This document shows positions 1 to 15,191 of a DNA stretch of 64,000 bases, one piece after another (position 1 is the first letter of the stretch; every line of letters starts with the position of its first letter). Origin of the DNA: Octopus vulgaris (Eukaryota). A program made the position numbers and the translations under genes. The stretch lies in contig OX597839.1 in the NCBI GenBank assembly GCA_951406725.2, positions 15,376,001 through 15,440,000 of the forward strand, written 5' to 3'. Below the pieces are notes generated by a model that saw only the letters and a list, made by a program, of their open reading frames with translations, did no database searches and was not told the origin of the DNA.

Positions 1-199
1 TTGTGTTAATGTTTTAAATTTTATAAGATTATCTGAGGAAAAGCTATTATCATATTTTCCACATTGTGTAGGTGATATCTCGTGGTTGCAATGGAAAGAG
101 TAGAGTCTGAGATTATAGGTGGTCCCTGTAATGAAGTAGTCGTTCTGGGGTGCCTAATTTTTCATGATATTCTGTTTAGTTTCAAGAGATCATGGGGGC

Positions 200-1030
200 G
201 GGGAAAACACTATTCTAGGTTTGAGAAAGTAGGATGACAACATCTGGTTCGACCGGAAAGTTCTAAGAATCTAAGAGCTCATCATGTAAACCGTTGATGT
301 GAATGTTCCAACAGATGTTCTCCTCAACAATTAATCCTAGACTCCTGATATTCACAGATACCCCAGAAGGAAGTGCAAAAGTTAAATTTGTTCTCGTTTA
401 ACAATACATTGTTCTTTTTTATGTTCGCTTTTTAATGTCTGTTCGCTTATAGCATTTATCTCGGAATGGACTTCTATTCGGCCATCGCTGTCGTTGATAA
501 CATTCTTTAGCTTATAACTGTCCTAGAATATTTTTATTCTGCTGTGTTTGATATCACTCGTGATATCGTTTATGTATACTATGAAGAGTAGTGACCCCAG
601 TACAGTCCCTTCTCGAAGACCGCTGGTGGCATTCGCTGGGTTTGAGTGGATTCCATCAATTACAGCATGTTGGCTTCTGTTCATCATGAAATACCTCAGT
701 GTAACAGCTTTCCATGGACTTCAGTGTTGAGCAGTCTTGTAATCAACTCTGCCGAAGGCCTTGCTGAAGTCAAGATATACAACATATGTATCTGTGCATT
801 CTGATAATACTTTTAGAATATTGTTAATGTAATGTAGAAGTTATGTTTGACAACGAAAGTTGGGTTGATTGAAGTTTAGGAGATGGTAACGCTCTTGAAG
901 GTTAGTCATTCTGGAGCTCATTAATCTTTCAAATACTTCGATGAGACCGAGCGATAGGTAACTGGAAATGATCGTATATGAGCTGGGTCTAGCGATTTTC
1001 TTTATAGATTAACTAGACGACAAGTAATCT
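200..1030 (-). mobile_element. Decayed CR1-type LINE reverse transcriptase fragment
   Basis: Minus-strand translation gives VYLDFSKAF (~752-780) and GTVLGSLLFIVYINDI (~562-609); many stops/frameshifts; boundaries approximate. Confidence 0.75.
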
Positions 1031-1674
1031 GATGTTGGCAGTCCTTCCGGACTCTAGAAAGAAAGATATCAGGGACTACAACAGAGTAATGTTTAATTTC
1101 ATTAATTGCTGCGATTATGTCAAGAATAATGAGTCATGCTGTGCACTTAGTCTAATATTTTCGACTCTGTGCCCAGATCAGCATTCTTCATATTTCGCTT
1201 GTAACGACTAAAGAGTGTAATTTCTGCATCACAATTTATTACGTAACTACATGAAACGTATGAATTTTAATCGAAATACTGGTAATTGCTTTCGTAATGT
1301 ACATACATATATGTACGCGTGTGTACATATTCACACACAAAGGCTGATGAGCTGGTCATTCACTTGTCCTTTCTTTGTTTTACAAAGTAGAAAACTATGA
1401 TTTTGATACATTAGTAAAATAAACTATACTTGTTATATTTAGTTGAATTGGTTTTCTTTTATAAAGTCCTTTATGTTTATAGATGGAAGTCACTATTTCG
1501 ATTTTAATTGAATCACTTCAATGCAAACTAATTTAGGCTTTAATAATTGCATTACATTATATACATTACAAGCTAAAAAATATTTTAGAAAAAGATAGGT
1601 GGGAAACATATATAATGGAAGTATTTGACCCAATGGAAGTATTTCGTAGTTCATAATATTTTATAATTTATGAG

Positions 1675-1885
1675 GGCGGTGAACTGGCAGAACCGTTAGC
1701 ACGCCGGGCGAAATGCTTAGCGGCATTTCGTCCATCTGTACCTTCTGAGTTTAAATTCCGCCAAGGTCGACTTTGTCTTTCATCATTTCGGGGGTCGATA
1801 AAATAAGTACCAGTTGATCACTGGGGTCGATGTAGTCGACTTGCCTCTCCTCTAAATTGCTGGCCTTGTACTGAAATTTAAAAGA
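1675..1885 (+). mobile_element. tRNA-derived SINE, family A (octopus OK-like, with GTCGACTTTGCCTTTCATCC..GGGGTCGATAAA core)
   Basis: tRNA-like head GGCGGTGAACTGGCAGAA..GAGTTTAAATTCCGCC; same core at 11026, 34790-35218 and 46013-46241. Confidence 0.8.
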
Positions 1886-2162
1886 AATATTTTATCATTT
1901 AGGTATTTACGCGCACGCTCACACACAGTTTTATAATGAACACACGAACAAAACTGGTTACAAAACAAAAAATTTTACTTAGGTCTATCAGTCTTATAAG
2001 AACTTTTAGTTATGTAAACTGTTCCGTTTATATGATCGATATGATACTATATTTTCTCTCTCCTGAATATATTATTTTCTCTCTGTTTCATGAATTTTGC
2101 GATGAGTGTGTGTGCCTGTGTTTAAACAGATATTTATAAAGTATACATATGTGTATTATATC

Positions 2163-2224
<62 letters not shown>

Positions 2225-2231
2225 AAGTACA

Positions 2232-2267
<36 letters not shown>

Positions 2268-2269
2268 CA

Positions 2270-2970
2270 CTAGCAGTTTGCCCGGCGTTGCTCTTTTTTT
2301 TTTTTTTAGTTGCGCTTAAAACGGCAGACTTTGATATCACGTTAACAAAGTTTTGACATAGTTTCAATCTATGAATAAAAGCATAGTGTAGCGATGCTCA
2401 AGTTTGCTCTGAATGTGCTGCAAATGTTTAATGCCGACCTCAATTGTTGGTATTGTTGGTTAATATTCCTTCTATTAACATTATGGAGAAAAAAATTACC
2501 CGTAGATTTAAATGAAGCTCAAGTTTCGAACTGCACTGAAAATCTATTAAGAAGTTAAAACTGCGACAGAATTCATTAAGAAAAAGTACATGAAAATCCA
2601 TCGTTCGCTCAAAACCAATGACAAAATAAAGAAATTCTTTTCGACCCTTTAGAATTGGAATTTTTGATAAGTAAAAATTTTGTATGATGTAGCTTGTTAT
2701 TCTCTTTAAGTGAACATTTTTCTGGTTGAAATACACCAAAAAATGGCGACACAGCAGTAAAAAAATCGTAAAAAATAGGGATTTTCATAGAAAATAGCAC
2801 CCTTTAGATGTAAATAATTTTTGGTGTTAACATGGTCCGATTTGAATTTCTTCTTCTATCATACTCTCAATTTTGGTCAACTTGCGCCGCAGGGTCTCGG
2901 AGGAGATAGTGTTAGTTGAAGGCTACCAAACCTGCCACATACACACACACAGACAACTTCAGCTTTATAT
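2270..2970 (-). mobile_element. Non-autonomous Helitron-like element
   Basis: 3' end GCAACGCCGGGCAAACTGCTAG (reverse complement at 2270) is shared with the copies at 17857, 53551 and 63191. Confidence 0.65.
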
Positions 2971-3092
2971 ACAATATATATACTGAACTTTACAGAAGTT
3001 CCTGCCGGTAATCGGCTATATTTACATACCGAATTCTACCAGTAAATAATTGGGGTTTTCTAAAAGCCTTTATAGAAATTATTTACTCTTAT

Positions 3093-3135
<43 letters not shown>

Positions 3136-3137
<2 letters not shown>

Positions 3138-3475
3138 CGCAGGAGTGGCTGTGTGGTAAGTGGCTTGCTTACCAACCACATGGTCAGTCCCACTGCGTGG
3201 CACCTCGGGCCGACCAAAGCCTTGTGAGTGGATTTGGTAGACGGAAACTGGAAGAAGCTTGTCGTATATGTATATATATGTGTGTGTGTGTGTGTATGTT
3301 TGTATGTCTGTATTTGTCCCTCCAACATCGCTTGACAACCGATGCTGGTGTGTGTTTATGTCCCCGTAACCTAGCGGTTCGGCAAAAGAGTAAGCTCTGG
3401 GATCAATTTGCTCGACTAAATTCGGTGCTCCAGCATGGCCACAGTCACATGACTGAAACAAGTAAAAAAGAAAGA
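3136..3475 (+). mobile_element. tRNA-derived SINE, family B (octopus OR-like) with internal microsatellite and LINE-like 3' tail
   Basis: GGCGCAGGAGTGGCTGTGTGGTAAG head, GACCAAAGCCTTGTGAGTGGATTTGGTAGACGG core, CCAGCATGGCCACAGTC..GACTGAAAC tail; many copies in the window. Confidence 0.85.
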
Positions 3476-4985
3476 AACAAACCAACAAAGAAAAAATATA
3501 TATTGGTTAGTGCAATAGTTTGTCAAGTTACACGGTTTATAGTAGACGCGGGAGTTGAATCCTACAGACAATCTTGCAACATTTCTTTCTTTATTATATA
3601 AACTATGTATACAGAAGTGTGTGTATGTAAGCTTACTCTGGGAAAGTTCTGCACATATGCATACATATAAATTTATACTTCATTATCAAATATGGTCATG
3701 ACACACACACACGCACGCGCGCGCACGCACACTCACAGATTCACTCACTCACTCACACACATGTACGTTTATTCACAAAATTTGCTAACATTAATATATT
3801 TGCTTGTACATTGGTACATTTGTTAAAGTCCTAGATTTGATATTTACACATGTCTAAGACCAGAGACTTTGGCAGCAATGTAGAAATGCAGCAATGTAGA
3901 AAAGTAGAAATGACTGCAGAAGAACGTGAGATAGCTAACATTTTCAAAAAGCACTTTCTAATTACTCAGAAGAAGGGCGAAATAGTGAAATAGCCTACAC
4001 AGCAAGACTCTTCCTGGTAAACGTAACAGATTTGCAAATATTTCCTCTTAATTATATCAACAACTTGTTCGGGTTCCTTTTAAAACCACATCAGTTTATT
4101 CGATTTAATATTTAATATGTATTTATTTATTGTCCTAATAAGAGCGAAGAATGGCAGACTTAGTGAGGGAAGGGCACTAAAACCACCTGTCTTGCATTCT
4201 CTGACTTCGATTCCTGTCAACTTCTTACTTTACTTTTCTCTTTCTGAGAGGCAAGGATTGGATTTATCATCAGTGTCACTACATCAGTATGCATGTATCT
4301 TGAGCCAATGAGAGATGTTCTACCTCCAGAAATAACAAGTTTCTCAAATTCCAACCTTATTAAAAGGACACACTGGATATGCGAGTCCCAAAATACACCG
4401 TCCGACAGGATTGTTGTCACAGATGAAACGCTTTAGATCATAGATCTTCTCAGTCAGAGCTGAACTGGTGTTAGATACCGATATCAAATGAGCCACAGAA
4501 AGGCTTTTATGCGGTCGCTCAACCTATTACGAATATCAACCAAATCTCCATCAAATTACTGTCTCACAGTCTTAAAAAGGTAATCAATTATAAAAAAAAA
4601 ATTAGAAAAACGGATGATTGTAGCTGCAATGCCTTTGACCATAGATCTATTCTAATTCGACTGTCCAGAATTAAGCAAAAACATCACCAACAGCATCGTA
4701 TATTATCATTGCAATCTGTAAGCTAACGCGTCCATTTTTTTCCATTAACGAAGATGTATTAATGAGAAAGCTCCGGGAAGTTGTATTCGGAGCATGAAGA
4801 ATATGACATAATGATAATTCTCAAATGTTAAATTATTCTTGTTACTTGACTGTTAATAAATTATTATGAAGAAAATTTCAGTACGGAGGAACAAATTGTT
4901 GGATATTTTTAATAATATTTGTATTATCTCCGTTGTCTATTTTAGTGCTCTGAGCTGAAACTAGGAAAAAAAAAATATATATATA

Positions 4986-5076
4986 CTTATTCTATCGGTG
5001 TCTTTTGCCGAACTGCTAAGGGACGGGGACATAAATACACCACCATCAGTTGTCAAGCGGTGTTGGGGGACAAACA

Positions 5077-5126
<50 letters not shown>

Positions 5127-5280
5127 CACGCTTATATACGACGAGCTTCTTTCAGTTTCTGTCTACCAAATCCACTCACAAGGCTTTGGTAGGCCCGAAC
5201 CTATCTATAGTAGAAGACACTTACCCACGGTGCCGAGCAGTGGGACTGAACCCGGTACCATGTGGTTGGTAAGCAAGCTA
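4986..5280 (-). mobile_element. SINE family B, inverted partial duplicate of the adjacent copy
   Basis: Reverse complement of ~5319-5608, including copy-specific variants. Confidence 0.85.
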
Positions 5281-5294
5281 TATATATATATATA

Positions 5295-5475
5295 GGCGCA
5301 GGAGTGGGTGTGTAGTAAGTAGCTTGCTTACCAACCACATGGTACCGGGTTCAGTCCCACTGCTCGGCACCGTGGGTAAGTGTCTTCTACTATAGATAGG
5401 TTCGGGCCTACCAAAGCCTTGTGAGTGGATTTAGTAGACAGAAACTGAAAGAAGCTCGTCGTATATAAGCGTGTG

Positions 5476-5512
<37 letters not shown>

Positions 5513-5710
5513 TTGTGTTTGTCCCCCAACACCGCTTGACAACTGATGGTGGTGTATTTATGTCCCCGTCCCTTAGCAGTTCGGCAAAAGACACCGATAG
5601 AATAAGTACTAGGCTTACAAAGAATGTCCTGAGGTCGATTTCTTCGACTAAAAGCAGTGCTCCAGCATGGCCGCAGTCAAATGACTGAAATAAGTAAAAG
5701 AGTAAATAAA
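5295..5710 (+). mobile_element. SINE family B, full length
   Basis: Head, core and tail as at 3136. Confidence 0.85.
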
Positions 5711-5720
5711 GAGAAGAAGA

Positions 5721-5766
<46 letters not shown>

Positions 5767-5770
<4 letters not shown>

Positions 5771-5979
5771 CGCATTTTTTTCTCTCCTTCTTTCTGTGTT
5801 TCTTCTCTGTGTATCTTTCTGTTGAAGAGCGTAGGCTCGAAACGTTAAAGACTTGTTTTATTTATATTTCCTGAGCGCCATACTAATACAATTGTTTGTT
5901 TGTATTCCACCTGCCTTCGTCTTTTGTTTATTTCCGTAAACCTGCCTTCGTCTTTTGTCTATTTTCATAAAGCTTCCCG

Positions 5980-5981
<2 letters not shown>
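5767..5981 (+). mobile_element. ~200-bp solo pLTR-like element with minimal HHR-like fold (5814-5851)
   Basis: tcttt-CTGTTGA-a-gagc gtag gctc-GAAA-cg-TT-aaaga; related copies at 8975 and 47770; flanked by (TA)n. Confidence 0.6.
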
Positions 5982-6030
<49 letters not shown>

Positions 6031-6429
6031 AACTCATTGGTACATGCAAGAATGACAGGGTCGCTTCAGGAATATTCATTTAAATATTTTGTCCTGAAGT
6101 GTTTTGTCTCTCAGGAGTTGTTTCATTTGTCGCAGGAGCTACGATGGTTTTCTTTTTATCACCGAGTTCTGTTACTAGGATTTGATTAAGTCGTTTCTGC
6201 TGTAAAATGAAGACGCATTTAATGAGTTCTTCCCGTAGAGTGTCGTACGAAAGTTTTCGGTGGCGCCGTTACCAAACCTCTGCCTTTCATGGTGACTTTC
6301 CCTGAATGATAATATGTGGTATTCGTATCGCATCGCCAACGATCCAGTTCGCAACGAAACGTTCTCCGGTCGAGCGTCCAAATTGGTGGAACCTTGAAAG
6401 TAATCATTAAGTAGGTTCCACATCTGCAC

Positions 6430-6725
6430 AGGAAGAGCTACGACTCTACTCCCTGGAACAAGACGGGAGAGGTATGCAATGATATATGTATGGAATATAC
6501 TGGAGTGGCTGGCACCAAACTTTGAAATTGAGAGCTATACCAGACCTCGAAATGGACGTCACTGCACTGTTCCGAAAGTCCCAGCTAAGGCGAAGACGAT
6601 ATACTGCAATAGCTTGGGATTCAAGGGCCTACAGCTATTTAACTCCTTACCAAAACACCTGAGGGATCTCCATGAAGTGAGAGTAGATGTTTTCAAGAAA
6701 CATCTGGATCAAGAAACAGCTTGAT
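6430..6725 (+). mobile_element. CR1-type LINE 3' ORF fragment
   Basis: IYVWNILE..CNSLGFKGLQLFNSLPKHLRDLH matches the C-terminus of the LINEs at 23866 and 56745. Confidence 0.8.
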
Positions 6726-7249
6726 GAAAGACATTCCAACTATAACTATCTCCTTTTGTTTCTGAATCTATAAATTGCAGTGGATGCAAGTTATGTTACA
6801 GTATTTTCTCGTTCATTACTTATGTTTCCCTTACAATAATGGTATTTTCAGAAAGGACATGAGGATAAGAGGTTGTGTGTGTGGGTGTATGGGTGTGTGT
6901 CTGTGTGTGTTTCAGGGGGAGGGGAAACATTGAAAGGGATGGGTAAGAGAAAGTATGTACGTGTGGATTGTTGATTTAGACGGGTAGACGAACAAGAACA
7001 GAAAGGAAACAATTAAGAAGTAGAAATCAAGAAGCTAAAGAAAAAGGGAAATAAGAAAAAAGAAGGAAATGGATAAAGGAGGGAGGAAGAAGATAGAGAT
7101 GAAACAAATTAGAGCAAGAAAGAAAGAAATGTAAGTGGATGAAGATAGGTTAGTTCTACTTGAAGTTGAAAGAGAAACGACCAATAGAATAATACTTGAG
7201 GTTACACGTCTCTGTGTGTATATACACAGGCATACACACACACACACTC

Positions 7250-7321
<72 letters not shown>

Positions 7322-7399
7322 ACCTTTATTTAAATATACACATACATTTACATATATGATTTTGTATAATTGTCTATGTTTATATACGTGTCTTTTATC

Positions 7400-7451
<52 letters not shown>

Positions 7452-7469
7452 CTTTTACGTTTTAGGTAT

Positions 7470-8285
<816 letters not shown>

Positions 8286-8348
8286 TACATTCAAACGCAC
8301 GCACTTACACACACACACTCTCACACACACGCACACACAAACACATAC

Positions 8349-8398
<50 letters not shown>

Positions 8399-8714
8399 GC
8401 ACGCACGCACCATAAATGGTAACCTGCTGAGTAAATCTAAGGTTTGTGGATATATATTGGGTCAGATTACTCTTCGTAGATGAGTTGTTTTGTTTACCAT
8501 GAATCGTTTGAAGTTGTCTGTTAGTTTACTTCTCAACACCCTATATGCATATGGGTGTACACACACGTGAATACACGCACACTTTATATATGTGAAAATG
8601 TTGATGTAATATGTATTATATAACTAACAAGATTATGAAACAGCTGTAAACGAATAGAATAAATATTTATTCTCTCACCTCACTTATTTGTTTTATTCAC
8701 AAACACACACACTC

Positions 8715-8715
<1 letters not shown>

Positions 8716-8804
<89 letters not shown>

Positions 8805-8835
8805 GTAGGTAGGTAGGTAGGTAGGTAGGTAGGTA
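8716..8835. repeat. (GATA)n-(GGTA)n tetranucleotide microsatellite
   Basis: Direct reading. Confidence 0.95.
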
Positions 8836-8879
8836 AGATGTATACACATATGCGACGGTAGTCCGTTGAGTGTATATAA

Positions 8880-9264
8880 TTCTTTTGTCTTGTTTCAGTC
8901 ATTAGACTGGGGCCATACTGGGACACCACGGTGAACACTTTTAGTCGAACGAATCAATTCCAGGAGCCACTACACACATTTTTTTCTCTCCTTGTTTCTC
9001 TCCTTGTTTTTTCTGTGTCCCTTTCTGTAAAAGAGCGTAGGCTCGAAACGTAAAAGACTTTTTCTATTCCTGAGCGTTATACTAATACATCTGTTTGTTT
9101 TGTACACCACCTGTCTTCGTCTTTTGTTTTTTTCGTAAACTTTCCCTTACTTATTTTAAGCCTGGTTATTTATTCTATCGGTATATGTTCACGAATTACG
9201 GGGACGTAAATACTGGCACAAAGAGAGACGCGCTCGCACAAACACACACATATACACGCACACA

Positions 9265-9300
<36 letters not shown>

Positions 9301-9450
9301 TATATATAACTCCAAGAAAGTCTATCAAATCCACTCACGAGGCATTGGTCGGCCCGAAGGTACAGTGAAAGATACTGTTCAAGGCGTGACGCAGTGGGCC
9401 TGCACCTGGAACCACGTGGTTGGGAAGCAAACTTCTTACCACATGGCCGC
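8880..9450 (-). mobile_element. Decayed SINE family B interrupted by the HHR-like element at 8975-9150
   Basis: Tail at 8880-8960; body and head at 9155-9450. Confidence 0.6.
8975..9150 (+). mobile_element. ~200-bp solo pLTR-like element, degenerate HHR (9021-9056)
   Basis: cttt-CTGTAAA-a-gagc gtag gctc-GAAA-cg-TA-aaag; similar to 5767-5981. Confidence 0.6.
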
Positions 9451-10419
9451 GCGCGCGCACGCACGCGTGTGTGTATACATGTACATACACACATAAAACA
9501 CCACGTGGTTGCAAAGCGAGCTTCTTAACTACACATCCATGCTGGTTCATTGCCCTGATCCAGTCGATTCTGCAACCAACTTTTAATCAGCTTCAATTCA
9601 ATGAATCCCATCTCTATGAACTGCTACTCGCCTCAAACCTAACAAACCAATACTGGTTGCGAAAAACAATCGCATACTTACATGTATGCACACATAGCAT
9701 GTGCAACAAATTTCCGCGCAGTTTTCATATTTAACAAACTACTTCGTAAGGCACCGGTCTGCCCTTGGCAGTAGACATCCCCCAAGGTGCCGCGCAGCGG
9801 GACTGAACCCGAGAGTACGTAGTTGCAAAGCGAACTTTACTCAGCCATGCAAGGGTCTACATATGTGTTTGTGCTTATGTGTGTATGTGTGTGTATGTGT
9901 GTGTGTGCATATATGCATATGCACATATAATTAAATATGTCATATACATATTATATTTATACAATATGTACGTGCGTATGTATATAGGTGTATGTGTATA
10001 TAAAATGGTGCATTTTATATATATGTATATTTTGTGTACTCACATATGTGTGTGTTAAATAAATGTATGTATGTGTGTGTGTGTGTGTGTGTGTGCGCGC
10101 GCACACACACATGTATATATATAATACACACACACACACAAACTTATAGACTCACACGCACACACACATAGACATAAACGTACGCATGTTTTTACGTGTG
10201 CGTGTGTTTAGAAATTTAGAAGCAGGAATCAGGGCGGATGTGGGATGAGCATCACCCACAGAAGCAGTAGCAGCATCAGCAGTACATCAACCTCAACTGA
10301 AGAGATTGGTTGTGTAAGCAGATCTGATGCCTAAACATGGTGAAAGGACGGATGTTGCGAATGACTCACACACGTGTGTGTGCGTGTCTGTCTGTCTGTC
10401 TATGTGTGAAGCTTAACTC

Positions 10420-10483
<64 letters not shown>

Positions 10484-11025
10484 TCTGTCTCTCTTTCTTT
10501 TTTTAATGTCCCCCTTTCTTTTCAACACTCACACATACTCAACCCTTTCGTTCTTGTGTACCGACGACGAAACTAAATTCAAGCATTGTAGACATTTTCT
10601 ATTAATTTGTTTTTGTTTTCTTATTATTATTGGTTGGTCCCAACGTAAGCCCTGACTGAGCAGGCGATCAAAATTTCTGCAAACTGGCAATCCAATCATT
10701 TGTTGTCTTGTACCATATTATTCAAGTGTGCCGGATTTTTAAAGTTTAAAAGGCTGTACTTTATGATTTGCGGCACATTCTGGATATTATTTTTAGCAAA
10801 TGGAGCAGCTGTGTAGCACTGAATTAGGGAGTCTATGCTTGCGAGTAAAATTTCGCCAGTATTGAAATACAGAGGTTTATGTTTGCTTCTATGTTCAATT
10901 ATATATAAAGATCAATGTTAAACTGAAGTATTACCATCTTTTAGTTTAATACAATATTTAACTTTTCCTACGAAAACGGTGACTGTGACTTTGAATTTTC
11001 GACTCGGCCCTAGTCATATATATAT

Positions 11026-11164
11026 GAGGTCGACTTTGCCTTTCATTCTTTCGGGGTCGATAAATAAAAGTACCAGTTTCGCACTGGGGTCGATGTAATC
11101 GACTTAATCCCTTTGTCTGTCCTTGTTTGTCCTCTCTATGTTTAGCCCCTTGTGGGCAATAAAG

Positions 11165-11168
<4 letters not shown>
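11026..11168 (+). mobile_element. 5'-truncated SINE family A
   Basis: Core plus tail closely matching the minus-strand copy at 46013-46155. Confidence 0.8.
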
Positions 11169-11203
<35 letters not shown>

Positions 11204-11404
11204 TGTATGTATGTATGTATGTATGTATGTATGTATGTATGTGTGTATATACTTAAGTAGGCGTATAAATGTGCGCTTTTGTTATTAGGAGGAAGAGGAA
11301 AGACGTTTACACCCACATATCCTTGTGTGTGTCTGTGGTCGCAACACCCGTCTCTCTTTCTCTCTCTCTCTCATATATATATACATATATATACATATAT
11401 ATAC

Positions 11405-11441
<37 letters not shown>

Positions 11442-11733
11442 TGCGCATCAGTAGGTATAGCTTATATAAATATGTGTAATCATTATTCATTTCCTCTTTT
11501 TCTAATGACATCTGGTATGTGTCAACTGGTGACGTTTGTAGGTCCTCACTCTGTCAATATAATTCTATCCCCACTGAGCCAATGACTCAATCTTTTAACC
11601 TATGACTTTGAAGTTTGCACCCTGTCTGTGAGTTTTTCGAAAGATAAGGAAGTTAAAGATAAGCTATGTTAATAAGTCTTGCAACGCATTTGAAATGAAC
11701 CGAACTGTTCAGCCTCCACTATGTCATCTTTTG

Positions 11734-11816
<83 letters not shown>

Positions 11817-13562
11817 TGTGTGTGCGTGCTTATCTAGGATATCATAATACTGAAAGACCGTGAATCTGTGCCACGAGCTAATGTGAAAACCTGTGTTTGC
11901 TTGACCTGCTTGAAATAGAAGCCCTATCTTCTTCATATTACACCCGAATGTCTTAAATACGGACACATTGTATAACGTGGTCCTAGACACTGCTAAAAAG
12001 GACGAAATAGTCATGGCAGTTATGGTTTCTAATATAGCTCTTCTCAATTAGAATTTACTTGGAATTAAAACAACAGTAATCTCTAGTTAATAAAGAAGAC
12101 TACACGGTCAGTCGACATGCTAAACATAGTAACCAAATTTACAATCCACCTCTTAAAATACAACGTCTTGAAAAGTTGTTTTGGGTGCACTTCATCTGGA
12201 ATAAAGACGGGATGGTTTGCCCGTTCATAACAGATCTGGGACTAAATAATCCTTTTATTACACACAGTAACTGTTATCCCTGATCAACTGAGTACATACT
12301 GCGAGGCTTTGCTGACAACGTCGTCCCAATTTTTCGTTGTTGTCACCGTCTTCGCTTACAAAGTTAAAAATTGCCTTCAGTATTAGAATTAAATTTTTTT
12401 AAATATCGATAATTTCTTCAAATTACGCCGTCCCCCACCCCTCCTTTGTGAGCCGCAAACAATTTTTGTTTTCTTCCTCCAGCTAAAAAAGCTGGCCACG
12501 TTTTTCCACTGTTGATGTCTCGGTCCACTAAGACACAATGGTTCGAGACTTGAATACAGAGAGTGGCTGCAGTACTGTGAAAAATTTTACACTTTTTTCA
12601 CGCAACCAGTCCTTACCAGATCGGTTGCTGGGCGTAAAATTTGACATACAGAGTGAATGAGATAACGGCACCCAACCTCACTTTAGCAATAGCAAATTTT
12701 TTTGTTCATAACCGGATAACGATCGTAGCAATGAGTGACATATAATTGGATATCAACATTAATATATACTTCAGTACCGACAATATGTACTGCAAAAGAG
12801 TTTCAGTGACAAGTCTAGAAACTGCTCGATATTCAATAAATTCCTCACAAATAACATTCGGTTTTGGAAATATCCTTCATTTGAGTTACTTAATGCGAAA
12901 TAGCCTGACTTGGTATTTTTTTGAATCGAAGAATGTTCAACATCTTCCATAGATTCAGGAAATGTCTTGCTAATGAATTGCTGTATATTCTTTATATATT
13001 GGAGCCACAACAATTAACAGATTCCTAATGATCATCTTTGTTTAAAAATTAACAAAAGAACTGCTAGCACTGCAGCTTCACGAAACTTAAGAGCTGTATC
13101 ACCTTTAAAATTAAGCAAGCGTTATGATTATATTACATTGATAGACATATTCTATTTTTACAATGCTTTAAACAATTAATTTCAATCACTTCCAAACGAT
13201 TAATTTCAATCTATTCCAAAACAGCTTCTATATTTTGATTTTTGTGAAGAAGAGAAGAGATAGTTTACTCCGCAAGATCTATATTTACTGTAACTACGTG
13301 TCCTTTGGAGAATTTGTTGCAAACACTGGTTCACATCGGTTTCATCTGATTCTGCATTTTAAAATTATTTCTCTTGATAACAATCTATCAATTTTGGAAC
13401 TCGATGTACATCATTCCATATATCGATGATCTTCATACGGAGTCAAAATTTAAAAATATCAATATTGTAAATGACTTTACTCGTGAGCCTACAACGTTTA
13501 GTGTTACGCATAGTTGACGTTTTAAATACTACGAACTTTACACACACACACACACGCGCGCA

Positions 13563-13611
<49 letters not shown>

Positions 13612-13710
13612 GTGTAGGATTCTTAAAGTACGAAATAGTACTACTGGATGCAGACAGTTATATTATCTAGTGGTTGCTGTAATTTTTTCAGGTATGGTTT
13701 TTATATTTAA

Positions 13711-13743
<33 letters not shown>

Positions 13744-14288
13744 ATAGTTAGAATACGGGTATTTTGAAAATACCTACGGAGTGACGACCGTGCCTACACA
13801 GTTACGGGCTGCCGTTTGGCAAGGCATAGCACCTTTTCAGCCACCCCGTCAGGGATACGATGAAGTCATGGGACTGCAGCTTTGTGGATTGTGAAGAGAT
13901 AGTAGAGAAGCTCGATTGAGCCAACGATGCTTCTTACATTGACGCTGAGCAGAGGAATCCTAAAAGATTAACGGTCGGGATCACCAAGCTCTATCAAGAG
14001 AGTAACTGCAACGCATCCTTAGGGGTAGCGTCCATGGTTAAGTAATCAGTTAATGAAAGATTCACTATAGCTCAGTCTCTCAATTCAAATTCATAATAAT
14101 GGGATTGGATGGCGACAGAGAGTCATGGGAATCACGAAAGTAGCAATAATAATGATTGATAACATATTCGGTATAAAGTTGTGTTAATCACCAAAACTTC
14201 TAATTTGTTGCGAATGCAACTTACAGTAAATTCCTGACACTTTCGTTTTAGATTGTACTTAACTTAAACACAAGCTATTTTTGCTTAA

Positions 14289-14505
14289 CCATTTAGCATT
14301 TAAACCGACCATAAACTGGCCCAAATATTCGACCTACTTTTGTTCAAACTAGCCAGTTCCGGCCTCTCACACCTACTCTATACTGATATTCTAAAAATAA
14401 GTAATCACATCATCGAAACACTGAAGCTCCGAGATATGAAATTAATTCAAGGTAATGTAAGTAAATAAACATTACATTTGACAAAGTAATCTTAATGCTA
14501 AAGGC
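14289..14505. mobile_element. piggyBac-type MITE
   Basis: TTAA target duplications (14285-88, 14506-09) flank imperfect TIRs CCATTTAGCATT / AATGCTAAAGGC. Confidence 0.75.
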
Positions 14506-15191
14506 TTAAATATGAAAAAAATTTAAGACGAGGACCAAGTCTCAATAATGAAACTCATCATTTCCATCAAATATTTGCAAGATGAGTTTGACATTCTCCC
14601 AATCTTAAATTGTTGCAATAGGACCAACGTGGAAACATAATGGTTGGCTCGATCATGTTCTATACAACAAAATATTTGACTACAACGATTCAGACAGGGA
14701 CTTCTATTTCGCTGTTACTTTCCTCATATTTTTCTGCCTCATGAATTGGTGACCTATATTTCATTGTCTTATTGAGAGCGTAACATAAGGTAGACTCGAC
14801 AAGCTCCACTTCTTGCTTATATCGACTGTCATGCAGTAAAATGCATGACAAGGAAATGCTTTGTGAATTGATAAACTAAAGGGTCAGATTAACGAAACGG
14901 GAGAGCAGATGGAGGAGTAGAGACAAATAACTGTGAAAATCTTTCTGTGAAGTGGCATAATAAATAATTTCTCCAGTGGTAAATATTTGTAAGAGGTCAG
15001 TGGGGGTTCTGTCATAGTTGTTCAGGATTTGAATAACTATTATTAGAAATTTGCAAATAGCACCATTGCATGTCAACCTTGATCAAGAAGATCAGAAATA
15101 ACCCAATAGGTTTACTATTAATTCCGTTAAATATTCACAGGTTCCGCTAATCATATATAATACGACACATGCCTTTGTTTATGTATATACA

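Noticed and set aside
6175-6429. 84-aa non-repetitive ORF
   Set aside because: No recognisable motif or splice context
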